From IMG/VR virus record IMGVR_UViG_3300037419_000871: a stretch of DNA of 64,000 bases; one strand, 5' to 3'. The DNA comes from a virus. The position numbers were made by a program, and so were the translations under genes. Of this stretch, positions 16,580-27,030 are shown in pieces. How positions within the stretch are numbered: position 1 is the stretch's first letter; each line of letters starts with the position of its first letter. The notes below the pieces were generated by a model that was not told where the DNA came from, searched no databases, and worked only from the letters and a program-made list of their open reading frames with translations.

Positions 16580-19076
16580 CGTGAACAGTCCCATCCTCAC
16601 CAAAAACTGCGCCAGTCGCCGTTGCAATTAGAACCGTCATGCCGGTATATGCGACGGTCGGGCATGACGTTTCCCCAAATCGAACTGACCCTATGCCTGA
16701 TGTCATAGGCTGCGCCGAGGTGAAGATCGGCGGCGAGGTCGCCGAGAAAAATTCGGGGAAGTCAAACGATGCTGTTGCCGAACTCGCCGCCGATGCGAGG
16801 GCAACGTCGACATAGCCCACTTGCCGCGTCGGATACGACAACACCTTGACGGTCGCTCCGACGTTGTAGGTGACGTTGTTCGCGCCTCCCAACGTAATCT
16901 CATTCCGCCCGAAAGCGATAATGTTCGTATTGTTGTCAGCGATTGCGACGCCGACAACTGAGTTATAGCTCGACGGAACAAGCGTCGGCTTGAACTGCAA
17001 CGTGTTCCCGCCGATGTAGCCACGATTGCCGATGCTGGAAGCACGAATGAAGGTCGGGTCCGTAACCGTGGTGCCGAGCACCGAAACTATGGTGTTTCCT
17101 TCACACCGGAATCCGTCATTCAGGAAGTACCAGTTAATGCCACCCCACTCCGGCTCGATGATAATGTTGCCGCGCGCGATCACGCCGCTGGTGGCGAAGA
17201 AATGCATTGCCGCAAGTTCAAGCTCCTCGTTGCCGAAATGCTTGATGATGTTGCCCTCGACGATCGTATTGGCGTTCGCCGTGATGAGCGTCGGTCCCGC
17301 ACTGCTTTGGCCGCCCATGCGGATGCCGCACCCTTCGTAGGTGCCGACCAGCAGATTGCCCGCGATGATGTTGGTGTTCGCAACCTCTGTACCGGGGCTG
17401 TCGAACGTGCAGTTCACACCATGATGAACGTTGATCGCCGAGTTATCGACGACACGATTGTGGTTGCCAGCATGGATATCGTAACCGGTGTAGATGAGGT
17501 TGTTGAGCACAGTGTTCTGCGTGATCAGAACGTCGAACGGGGCTGGGCTCGCCGTGATGTTCGTGTCGAGCGGCGGCACGGTTTCTCGCGTGCAGGAGAT
17601 GCCGTAGGCCGAGGCACCAATGCCGGGCCCTACCGTATCTACGAGATTGCTGCGAATTTCGGCATGCAGCGGAGACAGCAACATGATCCCCGCGTAGCCG
17701 ACATCTTTGATGCGACAGCCGGTGACCTTCGCGTTGGACACAAATTGTCCGAAGATCGCGTAGCCACGGAACCCCGTCAGGTGGCAGTTGTGGATCTCGA
17801 CGCCATCGATGAACGTTGGGGCATCCGGCGCGTTGCTGACGCCGACGAACTTATAGGCGTGCTGGAATCCGTCCGCGACGGTAGAACCGGCAGTCCCGGT
17901 GCCTGTCGCGTGCAAGGACAGAACGACACATCCGGCGGCGATGTTCAGGAAATCGATTCCGCTCGTGGTGTTGATCAGCTTCGCGCCGTTACCGAACACC
18001 AACGTGTTGGGCGACAGCGTCAGCTCATCAGTGATGAAGTATGTTTTGCCCGGCGTGAACTTAAGAATCTTCCCCGCGGCGAATGCCATAGCTTCTTGAA
18101 TGGCGGCCGTGTCGTCAGTCGTCCCGTCACCGACTGCGCCGAATGCGGCAACATCTACTTCGGTTGCATTATTTACCCACCAACCGCCGTTCGTGGCATC
18201 AGTCGAACCATCCGGCAAGAAACGATCCGTAGACCGAAACCCGCCACGTGCCGGCGCCGAGGCGACACGGCTGTACATCTGCAAGGGCGCGTCGCCGTGG
18301 TTCGCCCAACCAGCGGTCAGAAGATATGAGCGAGAGGCAATAAACGACGAGAGTTTTGCCGTCGCAACGGAGGCAATGGTAGGAACGTCACCAGCGCCGA
18401 CTGTTGCAGCTAGATCAGCCGCCTCGATCGCGCGGTCCCGAGCATCTACCGCAGTCGCGGCGGCGCTCTCTGCGGCAGCTTGGATCGCCGCGCTGGCCTG
18501 ATCTGAGATCAGCCGAAAATCTGTGCCGTCGATATAGCCAGAGATGAGCATCCCGGCAACCAGACCGCCAATGACCGGATCGTTACCTGATGACGTTCTG
18601 ATGCGGAGAGGGGCCCCGCCATTCAACGCGACCGTAACGGGTGAGGCCGTGTTGGTGCTCGTGATGTTCAGGACGATAAGCGAGTCGGTAGAGGCCAGCG
18701 GATAGTCGTTCGTGGCAATGATCGCACTGGCGCTGCCGGCGCCATCGTTCTGGGCGCGATAGAACGAATACGGAAGGTTAGCGAGTTTGGTCCAGGTCCC
18801 GGCACCGGACGCGCCCGATTTTTGATAGACGCCGTTGAACGCTGGCGTGGGATCTAGGACAACCCACGCCATCTTCATCGCATCGTAGTTCAGGCTCGCA
18901 TAGGCCTGTGCGCGCGTCGTAAAAACAACGCCGCCACCCACCTGAAAGCCACTCAGCATGGTCTCAAGATATCCGCCCCATGCACGGATATCGCGTTTGG
19001 CAGGCTGGTTCGGCCCCGACGCGGGAATACCGATATTGCTATAGTCACGCCAAACCTCTGCCGCAGTGAGTGCCAT
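16554..19076 (-). CDS. tailspike / depolymerase with right-handed beta-helix
   Basis: VDVAAFGAVGDGTTDDTAAIQEA pectate-lyase-3 start; repeated I.GN/NTI beta-helix rungs; N-terminal virion anchor. Confidence 0.88.
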   Translation of the reverse strand: MALTAAEVWRDYSNIGIPASGPNQPAKRDIRAWGGYLETMLSGFQVGGGVVFTTRAQAYASLNYDAMKMAWVVLDPTPAFNGVYQKSGASGAGTWTKLANLPYSFYRAQNDGAGSASAIIATNDYPLASTDSLIVLNITSTNTASPVTVALNGGAPLRIRTSSGNDPVIGGLVAGMLISGYIDGTDFRLISDQASAAIQAAAESAAATAVDARDRAIEAADLAATVGAGDVPTIASVATAKLSSFIASRSYLLTAGWANHGDAPLQMYSRVASAPARGGFRSTDRFLPDGSTDATNGGWWVNNATEVDVAAFGAVGDGTTDDTAAIQEAMAFAAGKILKFTPGKTYFITDELTLSPNTLVFGNGAKLINTTSGIDFLNIAAGCVVLSLHATGTGTAGSTVADGFQHAYKFVGVSNAPDAPTFIDGVEIHNCHLTGFRGYAIFGQFVSNAKVTGCRIKDVGYAGIMLLSPLHAEIRSNLVDTVGPGIGASAYGISCTRETVPPLDTNITASPAPFDVLITQNTVLNNLIYTGYDIHAGNHNRVVDNSAINVHHGVNCTFDSPGTEVANTNIIAGNLLVGTYEGCGIRMGGQSSAGPTLITANANTIVEGNIIKHFGNEELELAAMHFFATSGVIARGNIIIEPEWGGINWYFLNDGFRCEGNTIVSVLGTTVTDPTFIRASSIGNRGYIGGNTLQFKPTLVPSSYNSVVGVAIADNNTNIIAFGRNEITLGGANNVTYNVGATVKVLSYPTRQVGYVDVALASAASSATASFDFPEFFSATSPPIFTSAQPMTSGIGSVRFGETSCPTVAYTGMTVLIATATGAVFGEDGTVHVKWEAEGF

Positions 19077-19118
19077 GGCCAGTTTTCCTTATTTAAGTGA
19101 ATGTGCCGAAGCAGACGA

Positions 19119-19892
19119 TTAAGCGATCTCGTAAAATCCAGAGACACTCAGGACCGATCCGTCGCCAAACGGGAACGAACCGTCATAAAGATGAGAGAAG
19201 CTGTAGTTGCTGAAGACCTGAGAGCAGAGGCTCTTGCCGCTGTTGATAAAGACGCCGAGGCAAGGCAGCTGCGCTGCAACAGTGTGCGGAAGTGACCCGC
19301 GGATTTCGCCGCCAGCCGTTCCGATCGTCGTGATTGTCAGGATCTGGCGAAACAAGACAAGCTTGCCGAGAACAACATAGGCCCCGGTTGCGCTTGCAGC
19401 CGTGATAGCTCCCGTCGTTGACGTCACGACCGGCGTATACGCAGTCCACGCTCCAACCCCCAAGAGCGCAAAGATATCCGCCGCCGTCGCGCCGGTCAGC
19501 AAGGACCGCCCGAGCGCGGCAGTGGTCAACGATGCGATAGCCGTAAGGTCACTATCAAGTGGTTGCTTCCCGGCCAGCGCCGTGGTGACCGTGGTGGCGA
19601 AGTTGGCGTCGTCGCCGAGCGCGTCGGCAAGCTCTTTCAGTGTATCGAGTGTGCTGGGCGCTGCATTGACGAGCGCCGCCAGCGCCGCCTTCACAGCCTT
19701 TTGCGAAGGGATTTTGGAATCACTATTCGCAGCCATCGTGCTGTCAGTGTCGATGGCAGCAGTGTCCACCTTTCCGGCGGCCGCCGCATATAGCTCGGTG
19801 TCGTTGGCGTTGATCTTCTGAAACGCCGCCCGAATGGAATCACCAGTCCCATCATTCGCCGCTGTGCCGACATTAATCGCCTGTTGAGCCAT
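19119..19892 (-). CDS. short tail fibre protein
   Basis: ATG at 19892; GTAANDGTGDSIRAAFQKINAN and APSTLDTLKELADALGDDANFATTV fibre segments. Confidence 0.8.
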   Translation of the reverse strand: MAQQAINVGTAANDGTGDSIRAAFQKINANDTELYAAAAGKVDTAAIDTDSTMAANSDSKIPSQKAVKAALAALVNAAPSTLDTLKELADALGDDANFATTVTTALAGKQPLDSDLTAIASLTTAALGRSLLTGATAADIFALLGVGAWTAYTPVVTSTTGAITAASATGAYVVLGKLVLFRQILTITTIGTAGGEIRGSLPHTVAAQLPCLGVFINSGKSLCSQVFSNYSFSHLYDGSFPFGDGSVLSVSGFYEIA

Positions 19893-21754
19893 CAGGAGTG
19901 GTCCGCCGTAATGAGAGTGGAGTCTGCCGTGTAAAGATTGCTGTCCGCCTTGAACGGCAGCAGCGACCAAGAAGAGATAGAGCCGCGCGGGCCAACCGTT
20001 GCCGCCTGAACGATGTAAGCTGAACCAAGCTGCACCAGGCCCGTCGTGATGCTCACCGTGGTGCCGTCCGAATTGGTGTCGTCGCCGCTTGCCTCGACCC
20101 AAGGTCCCGGATTTCCGTCACCGGCATCGGCGATGCGATATCTGACCAGGTAGGAGACGTCACTGCGTCCCGGATCGTCGAATGTCACCAGCAGGCGATA
20201 GCCATCAGTGTCATTACCGGTGAGCGTACTGTTCACACTCGTCGGAACAGGAAGTGCATCGCTGCCGATTGATGGCGGGATGACGGGCGCCCGCCCCTCA
20301 TCTTCGATCGGATCATAGGCCTCGATATCGTCGCCGATCAGGTTGAAGTTGAACGTCACCCGACCGGCCATCAGATCGAGATCCGCGCTTTGAATCTCGA
20401 TTACGCAATCCTGCAGACCCGAGACGAACGGATATTGCAGCCGGACCCAACGGCGGCCGATTGCGCGCAGCCCATACAGCGTCGTGGTGATCGACCCGGT
20501 CATTGCCGGGTTAAGGCGCTGCATGGCGCGCGACGCGAGCCGTCGTGCCTGCGAATTGCTCTGCACCCACGACAGATCGATTGGCTGGGACCGGACCACC
20601 CCGGCTAGCGAGATTGCATCTTCATCGCGCCAGGTCTCGGTCTGAACCGAGGAATAGTTCTGCTCCGGGTCGGTGAAAGTGATGTCCAGCTGGTTGACGG
20701 ACTGTTCGTCGGGTTGGCCATAGCTCACCGAGAATGCAAGGATATGCTTCTCGTTCAGCGTGACATCTGGCTCGCGGTAAAAGCCGACGACGATGGAGAA
20801 CGTGCCGTCCCCATTTTCCGATAACCACCCGTCGCACGTCGACAGGATGCCGTTGATGACATCCTCCGGCTTGTTGTCGAACTGAAACCAGATCGAACAT
20901 TGGTAGCGCGGCTCGAATGAACCGTCTGCTTTCTCCACGAACTCATCGCATAGATCGGCTTCATGGAGCCAGGCACCGAGAACAGGAGCAATGACTGTGT
21001 CGTAGTCCAGTCCAAGGCCACCATCGGCCCGGGTCAGATAATCCATCAGTTGAATGACGGGATTGAATGATGTCTTCCACGTCGATTCATCGCTGCGGAT
21101 CTGCGTCAGGTCGCGCGGGTCCCAAACAACGGAACAGTCGGCCACCACGGAAAGGACCGGCAGTCCCCTCGGATAGATCTTCTGGAAGTCCTTCTCCTTG
21201 ACGCCGGAACAGACCAGAGAGGCCCATGCGATGCCCTTGCCGGCATGTTCTGCGGTCCAGGTTGCACCGATGCCGGGCAATCCGATGAATTGCGCGAGCG
21301 GAGGCGTGTCTGTCCCCAGCGTCGTTTGGATTCCGACGTTGTGGCCGCCGTACCTGCCATCATCGCCCGGGAGAACGCCATAGGTGTCCGGGATCAGCGT
21401 GACCAAGTCATCGTGCAGATAGTGCGCGACGACGCCACCGATCCTCCCGGAATGAAAGGCCATCACGTCGCAGGAATTGCCTGCGGCTTCCTCAAAATAC
21501 ATGTAGTAACCGGCGAGCCGGTTGCGGCCATAGCCACGAATGCGCGGCGGGACCGCCTGTTTGATCGGCTGGGTGCCGTCCGCCGGCTTCGGCAAACTGG
21601 GCCGCAGCGCATACTGCAGACCAATCGAAACGCCGATCACCGCGGCCGTCCCGACGATCGAGGCGGTGCTGACGCCAAGAATTGTCGCGGGGATACCGGC
21701 TGCGCCCGCCGCCTCGGCCGCGGCGATGATGATGGCGCCGATCGTCTCAACCAT
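19892..21754 (-). CDS. central tail / tip attachment (hub) protein
   Basis: 620 aa after NlpC-like gene; YGRNRL, NPVIQLMDYL, FnIII-like C-terminus. Confidence 0.8.
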   Translation of the reverse strand: MVETIGAIIIAAAEAAGAAGIPATILGVSTASIVGTAAVIGVSIGLQYALRPSLPKPADGTQPIKQAVPPRIRGYGRNRLAGYYMYFEEAAGNSCDVMAFHSGRIGGVVAHYLHDDLVTLIPDTYGVLPGDDGRYGGHNVGIQTTLGTDTPPLAQFIGLPGIGATWTAEHAGKGIAWASLVCSGVKEKDFQKIYPRGLPVLSVVADCSVVWDPRDLTQIRSDESTWKTSFNPVIQLMDYLTRADGGLGLDYDTVIAPVLGAWLHEADLCDEFVEKADGSFEPRYQCSIWFQFDNKPEDVINGILSTCDGWLSENGDGTFSIVVGFYREPDVTLNEKHILAFSVSYGQPDEQSVNQLDITFTDPEQNYSSVQTETWRDEDAISLAGVVRSQPIDLSWVQSNSQARRLASRAMQRLNPAMTGSITTTLYGLRAIGRRWVRLQYPFVSGLQDCVIEIQSADLDLMAGRVTFNFNLIGDDIEAYDPIEDEGRAPVIPPSIGSDALPVPTSVNSTLTGNDTDGYRLLVTFDDPGRSDVSYLVRYRIADAGDGNPGPWVEASGDDTNSDGTTVSITTGLVQLGSAYIVQAATVGPRGSISSWSLLPFKADSNLYTADSTLITADHS

Positions 21755-22174
21755 TTAGAACGTCCAAGCCTTGACGGTCGGCAACAGATCGTCTCGCGCG
21801 ATCACCAGGCCGCGATCAGCGGAAATAACCGCACGCATCGATTCCGAAACGCAGATTGAACCTGTCGGAAAGCGCAGGATCTTGCCGTGTCGTACAGCGA
21901 TCGGCGCGCTCACCAACATCGGGTCACCCGCCTTCGGTTCGTCGGTCTCGCGCAACCCGATTGCAGCCGCGCGCGCGGCGCAGGCCGTCACGAACCCACC
22001 TTCCTCACGAAGCATCTTTCGATATTCTCGATTGGACGAATACGTCCCGCGGCGATCGGCGATCGGGTCACACCCCGTCACCGCCAGGATCCAGTCCGCC
22101 ATAAAGACACAGCAATCGAGAGCCCCGGGCCTAAACGGCCGCCGGGCTACCGCCGCGAGATAGTCGGCGAGCAT
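21755..22174 (-). CDS. NlpC/P60-like tail tip assembly protein (DUF6950-like)
   Basis: FRPGALDCCVFMADW...GCDP. Confidence 0.75.
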   Translation of the reverse strand: MLADYLAAVARRPFRPGALDCCVFMADWILAVTGCDPIADRRGTYSSNREYRKMLREEGGFVTACAARAAAIGLRETDEPKAGDPMLVSAPIAVRHGKILRFPTGSICVSESMRAVISADRGLVIARDDLLPTVKAWTF

Positions 22175-22316
22175 TGAATGAACCGGTTATGGTCATCACT
22201 CCATGACTGTGGGTCGTCACGATCCGCGCCGCGTTTCAGCCACTTCATAGTGAAATAAACGCCGCAGGAAACGCTGGCACCAAAGCCAAATCCGACAACA
22301 CACAGAACTGCGAAAC

Positions 22317-22922
22317 TCAAAATCGTGGCCATGTCTTGCTGAATCCCGTTGCATAGAGTGGCGTGCGTTCACAGAACCGGTCGCCCGGGTGGCGCGCCTG
22401 CTGATCTTGATCAGTGAAATACGAATAGGACGGGCGCCGACGCCCCGTGGTCAGGCTCCCGACCGAGAGTGTTACGGTGCGGACGACCGGAGTATCCGGG
22501 TTATCGGTGATCGCCTGCTGCACGCTCAGAAAGTCTGCTATGTAGTTCTGACACCACTTCACCGGACCCAAGAGCTGCCATTGGCCGTTCATCACCGCAA
22601 AGCCGACAGAACAGCGTTTGCCCTTGACCTGTTCGGCATCTCCCCCGCTGGCGATCTTCAGAATGTCGCCAGACACGCCGCTGACGGTGAAGTCGACACG
22701 TTCGGCCGCGCCGTTGATGAGCTGCTTGAAAGCAGGAACGCTCGCGATCTCGCCAAAACCCGCGTAACTCGCCCCGGCCGGATCCAGCACATTGACGCCC
22801 GGCTCGATCCTACCAACGCCGAGCCACAGCCGCAAAATCGGGTCGGTTTCGAGGCGGAAAAACACTCCGATATTGTGAACGCCGGATTCCAGCGCCGGAG
22901 CCTCTGCATCGTTCAGGATCAC
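22317..22922 (-). CDS. minor tail protein
   Basis: Position between Dit-like and NlpC genes; DQQARHPGDRFC. Confidence 0.75.
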   Translation of the reverse strand: MILNDAEAPALESGVHNIGVFFRLETDPILRLWLGVGRIEPGVNVLDPAGASYAGFGEIASVPAFKQLINGAAERVDFTVSGVSGDILKIASGGDAEQVKGKRCSVGFAVMNGQWQLLGPVKWCQNYIADFLSVQQAITDNPDTPVVRTVTLSVGSLTTGRRRPSYSYFTDQDQQARHPGDRFCERTPLYATGFSKTWPRF

Positions 22923-23647
22923 TGGAACGCCTCGACAAAGCTGGCGTCAGCACTGTTGAACGTCCACGGCTGAACGCTCAGGTCCATCGCCCCTGCATTG
23001 GCAAGACGCATCGTGCAACGCGGCCGATCGAACTCAACATCCGTTCCGCTCGCGACGGCCTCGCGAAGCGGCGGATTGAACGTGACAACGGCATGAGCCG
23101 CGTCGACATAGTCGACAGTCGCGATCTCGTAGAGCCGCCAGCCGACTGTCGGGTGGTTGATTGAGAAGCTTTCGCCTCCAACCAAAGGCCCCGCATTCAG
23201 CAACTGCAACCCCAGCGTCGTCGCCCGCAGCGCCGCGGCGTCATAGGTGATCACGTCGATGACAGGCTGATAATAGCCGGTTCCGTCGTCAAAAGGCGTT
23301 CCGTCGCTGTGACGAATCAGACCAAACTCGCTTGCGCCCGACGGAAACGGCCGAAACAAAGCGTCGTTGCGCGGCACCACGATCACATTGACGCCGCCGG
23401 CGCAGACCTGCCGGACGGCGCGCCAAAGCAACGTGCTAAACTTCGGACGATCTCGACCGATATCGCCGATGCCCTTCCGACCACTCAACGACACCGCGCT
23501 CATCGTGCAGGTCCAATAGCCGCCACCATCCGACCGACCAATGGTCATGACGCCCGCGCCGGTCTGCCCGGGCGCCATGGTGTTGCCGGCAATGTTCCAG
23601 GCGTGCGACCGCTCCCTTAGGAGAGCCCGAGGGAATTCCGGCACCAT
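22919..23647 (-). CDS. distal tail protein (Dit-like)
   Basis: Immediately after tape measure; FNPPLREAV. Confidence 0.7.
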   Translation of the reverse strand: MVPEFPRALLRERSHAWNIAGNTMAPGQTGAGVMTIGRSDGGGYWTCTMSAVSLSGRKGIGDIGRDRPKFSTLLWRAVRQVCAGGVNVIVVPRNDALFRPFPSGASEFGLIRHSDGTPFDDGTGYYQPVIDVITYDAAALRATTLGLQLLNAGPLVGGESFSINHPTVGWRLYEIATVDYVDAAHAVVTFNPPLREAVASGTDVEFDRPRCTMRLANAGAMDLSVQPWTFNSADASFVEAFQ

Positions 23648-25980
23648 CAGGACACACCCGTGAGCTGATACCGCTGCGAGCTGATCGTTGCCCGCTGCTG
23701 CGAGGCGATGGCGCGGCTGTGAGCATTCAATACCCGTTCCAGGCGAGAGATGGCAGCAGGGTCGGCGCCGGACGCGTCGACGTTGTAAGTAATAGACGTT
23801 GACGGGGCCATGCCGCCCTGTCGCAGGACGTCATTCGGCACGATCTGCGATCCGCGAGGGATGTTCAAAAGCTCGGGGCCGTTCTCGCCAACCAGCGATA
23901 GACCTCCCTTAGCGTAATCGGTGCCTGAAGCGTACATGCCGCCGGTTGCTGTTAGCGACAAACCAGTGCCGCCCGTGGCAGCGCCACCGCCACCAAACAG
24001 GCTGAACAGATTGAACCCGCCGCCACCAGATCCGCCGAATGCAGCCTTCCATAGGTTGTCCGCTGCCATGCTTGCCAACTTGTCAGCAATCTTGCCCAGC
24101 GCGTTTGACGCAGCAGTCTTGAGCGCGTCCATAGCAGATGCGCCATTTCGGATTTGCTGCACGAAGTCAGTCATAAACCCACGGTTGATGTCTTGTCCCA
24201 TATTGGACAGTTCACGCATAGCATTCAGAGCGCGTAAACCAGACGCCTCAACGCTATTCAAAGACTCCGCAACCGAGTTGTATTGACCGCGCAATTGCTG
24301 CGCGATCTGCACGTCTTCCGGCGTCAAAAATGCCGTTTGTTTACCGAACCCAATATCGCTCGCAACACGAGCCTTCTGCATGGCGAGCTGCGCTTTGCCG
24401 TAGGCATCCGCCACTTGTTCGATAACCTTGCGTTGCGCCTCCGTAACGACATTGTTGCCAAGGCCAGCCGCGGTATTCGCCTGCTTCGCTACAGTTTCAA
24501 GTTGCGCCGCGACTTTTGCGCGTCCGCGCGCTTCAGTGCCGAGATCCAGAGCCGCCGCCTCTGCCTGCAATGCGGAAGTGCGTTTTTCAATATTTCCTGC
24601 AGCACTATCGAATCTATCGACGCCAGCATCAGTCGGCTTCAACTTCGGCGCAGGTCCGGCACCGCGTGACGGTTGACGCTCTTGAGCGGGCGGAAGATTT
24701 CCGAATCGCTCATTGAATGTTGCGGGGCGGTTATTGATGGCGTCCACCGCAGCGCCGGCCACAGTTACTGCCGGTCCAATAATTGGATTGATTTTTGCAG
24801 CGACCCAAGCAATCGTTTTAAGCCAATCCGGAATCTTAAAATTATTCGCGATCTCAACAGCACGCGCGATTAGGTTGACCACATCGGCCCAATGGCCCTT
24901 GATCGTGATCATAACGGACGCGAGCTCGTTCCACGACGGTTTGAGCGACCGAGAAAGACGGTCGTTCGCCATCTTCAACTGATCGTCGATTTCCTTTGCC
25001 CGCTGGACAAGTTCATTTGGGAAAATACCGTCTTGCGACTTCTTCAAGTCGTCCATCGTCGCCAGAATGCCCTCGGCCGACGTCTTCCCTTGGCGGATAC
25101 GGTCCACAAACTGTGTTCCGAACATTTTTTCGCCGACGTCAAGCGACGCCGCGTGCTGGCCGACCTTATCTAATTCGACCATCGACTTAAGAACGGCTTG
25201 AACTTTCTCTTCTTGCGTTTGAGCATCGCGAAAAAGAACAAGACCCTGCAACTGCGTGCCCGCCGCCTTTGCGACGGTCGCGTTGTATACGCGGAGCGCC
25301 TTTTCGACGTCGGTAATACGCTCCTTGCCGGTCTCCCACTTCGAAAGATCGATAGGTGATTTATCTTTGGTGGCGTTGAACGCATTCGACAGCGCGCCGT
25401 CTAATTCGTCAGTCGTAATCTTAAGTTTGCGCGCCTCGCCCTCAAACAATTGGAGGAACGCTGGACTAACCTTCATGTTGGACGCTTTGTCGGCGACCGC
25501 GACCATCGCGGCGATTTGGTCGCGCGCCGCACCAATCGCTTCACCCATAAGGTGAATGGCCTCATAGACGGCAAACGCACGCAACGCCAGCGGGGCAAGC
25601 GACTGTGCAAACCCCGTTACGGCCGGAACGCCGACCGCTGTAAACGCCTGAAATGATCCCTTGACCGCGGGCGATGCGAATACGCTCGCAACCTTAAGTC
25701 CCGCTTCAGTGGATTCCTTTACGGCGGTTTGCGTGAAGTCCTGAATTTGCGGTTTTACCTTGGCAAACTGATCGCCAAGAAACTTCGTCGCGTCTTGGAC
25801 AGCCGGCTTGAATTTGTCGGACTTGATCGCAAGCTGTATCTGCGCCTTGGCTTGCATCTTGACGAATTCCTTGACGACAAAATCAGTCGCCGAGGAAGTC
25901 ATGGACTTAGCTTCGCTGATACTCTTGTCGAACCCCTGGGTGTCTAACCCCATTGGAATGCGTAGTGCGGGGACTGCCAT
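23647..25980 (-). CDS. tail tape measure protein
   Basis: 777 aa Ala-rich helical; C-terminal ASGTDY..GG..LVGENGPELL. Confidence 0.9.
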   Translation of the reverse strand: MAVPALRIPMGLDTQGFDKSISEAKSMTSSATDFVVKEFVKMQAKAQIQLAIKSDKFKPAVQDATKFLGDQFAKVKPQIQDFTQTAVKESTEAGLKVASVFASPAVKGSFQAFTAVGVPAVTGFAQSLAPLALRAFAVYEAIHLMGEAIGAARDQIAAMVAVADKASNMKVSPAFLQLFEGEARKLKITTDELDGALSNAFNATKDKSPIDLSKWETGKERITDVEKALRVYNATVAKAAGTQLQGLVLFRDAQTQEEKVQAVLKSMVELDKVGQHAASLDVGEKMFGTQFVDRIRQGKTSAEGILATMDDLKKSQDGIFPNELVQRAKEIDDQLKMANDRLSRSLKPSWNELASVMITIKGHWADVVNLIARAVEIANNFKIPDWLKTIAWVAAKINPIIGPAVTVAGAAVDAINNRPATFNERFGNLPPAQERQPSRGAGPAPKLKPTDAGVDRFDSAAGNIEKRTSALQAEAAALDLGTEARGRAKVAAQLETVAKQANTAAGLGNNVVTEAQRKVIEQVADAYGKAQLAMQKARVASDIGFGKQTAFLTPEDVQIAQQLRGQYNSVAESLNSVEASGLRALNAMRELSNMGQDINRGFMTDFVQQIRNGASAMDALKTAASNALGKIADKLASMAADNLWKAAFGGSGGGGFNLFSLFGGGGAATGGTGLSLTATGGMYASGTDYAKGGLSLVGENGPELLNIPRGSQIVPNDVLRQGGMAPSTSITYNVDASGADPAAISRLERVLNAHSRAIASQQRATISSQRYQLTGVS

Positions 25981-26241
25981 TTACGCGACCGCCCTTTTGC
26001 TAATACCGTGTGCGGCCAGCATGTCGTCAAACTCGTCGTTAGACATTGCTTCCGGCTTATCCGTCCCGTTCGCTCGATTCAGACCGTCAGCGTATGCCGC
26101 GATCTCCCAAATCGTGAACTCTTCCACTTCACGCGGCGACCACTCGGCCGCTGCACCAATTGCAATTACTTCAGATCGTCGGAGGCGCCCGTCGTCGTGG
26201 TAAAGCCGGGATTTTCCTTCGCCTCCGGCTCCAGTTTTCCC
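25981..26241 (-). CDS. tail assembly chaperone frameshift extension (gpGT-like)
   Basis: -1 frame open from GGGAAAA (26241-26235) to TAA 25983-25981: WSPREVEEFTIWEIAAYADG. Confidence 0.8.
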   Translation of the reverse strand, partial: GKTGAGGEGKSRLYHDDGRLRRSEVIAIGAAAEWSPREVEEFTIWEIAAYADGLNRANGTDKPEAMSNDEFDDMLAAHGISKRAVA

Positions 26242-26567
26242 ACGGGATCATCCGCAGGCGCTCCGAACAACACCGCGCGTACAATCGCGTATGCGAGCAA
26301 AACGCTATGAGACAGCGGGTTTTCGTCGACATGGTTCTTAACAGCCGCCATCGCCTGTTCCGGCGTCTTGCCACCACCAATCAGGCCAAGCCGGATTGTC
26401 TCACGCACCTCATTTATGCCATACGCGCCGCTTTCGAGCCGCCCCGCGATAACGCCGATTCCAGCCTTACACTTGTCTTCGAGGTCGAGAATGAGACCTA
26501 CCTTGGAAAGGCAGAACTGATCTTCTCCGCCCGCCCAAACTATAGACACCGTACCGTTAGCGCTCAT
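26166..26567 (-). CDS. tail assembly chaperone (GTA gp10-like)
   Basis: VRETIRLGLIGGG; directly upstream of tape measure. Confidence 0.85.
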   Translation of the reverse strand: MSANGTVSIVWAGGEDQFCLSKVGLILDLEDKCKAGIGVIAGRLESGAYGINEVRETIRLGLIGGGKTPEQAMAAVKNHVDENPLSHSVLLAYAIVRAVLFGAPADDPVGKLEPEAKENPGFTTTTGASDDLK

Positions 26568-27028
26568 GACTTAATAGCCTCTTCAATTGCGTCTTGGATG
26601 GCTTGGTGGATTTCTTCTTTGTTGGCGCGATATGTATTGAAGAAGAACGGCTCGGCTGGATGATCCTTCGAACCAAACTCGACAGCGCGGCTGTAGTCGT
26701 AAGAAACGCCGCTACCTTGCCCAACCGGGACTTTCGATATCCCGCTATTATCTCGACCATCGATAATAACTGGAGACGTATAATCAGTGCTGCGGCCGTA
26801 ATACTTCGTTGTCGCATCGCCACCGGCCGTCACCTCTAAATCGAGGTCGTTCTTTTTGCGCCGAACCATAACACTGTCGCGCAACGCGCCAGTTTTTACG
26901 GGCGCGGCAGCTTTTATCTTTTCCGCCAATCCGTCAGCCTGCTCTTTAATCGCAAGAGCAAGCTTCTTTTTAGCCTTGAACGACAGATCATCAAACCATG
27001 ATTGAACGTCGTCATCAGGGCGTGCCAT
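26564..27028 (-). CDS. HK97 gp10-like tail component
   Basis: APVKTGALRDS, VEFGS...PAEPFF. Confidence 0.85.
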   Translation of the reverse strand: MARPDDDVQSWFDDLSFKAKKKLALAIKEQADGLAEKIKAAAPVKTGALRDSVMVRRKKNDLDLEVTAGGDATTKYYGRSTDYTSPVIIDGRDNSGISKVPVGQGSGVSYDYSRAVEFGSKDHPAEPFFFNTYRANKEEIHQAIQDAIEEAIKS

Positions 27029-27030
27029 TT

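Noticed and set aside
17202-18329. 375-aa plus-strand ORF
   Set aside because: Antisense shadow of the tailspike
16554-19892. Diversity-generating retroelement acting on receptor-binding genes
   Set aside because: No RT and no TR/VR repeat pair recognisable by eye
19893-20102. Track N-terminal extension of the tail fibre (and similar extensions at 5939, 11845, 28802, 39350, 44112, 61741)
   Set aside because: Overlap upstream genes or cis sites; downstream starts have RBS or stop-start coupling
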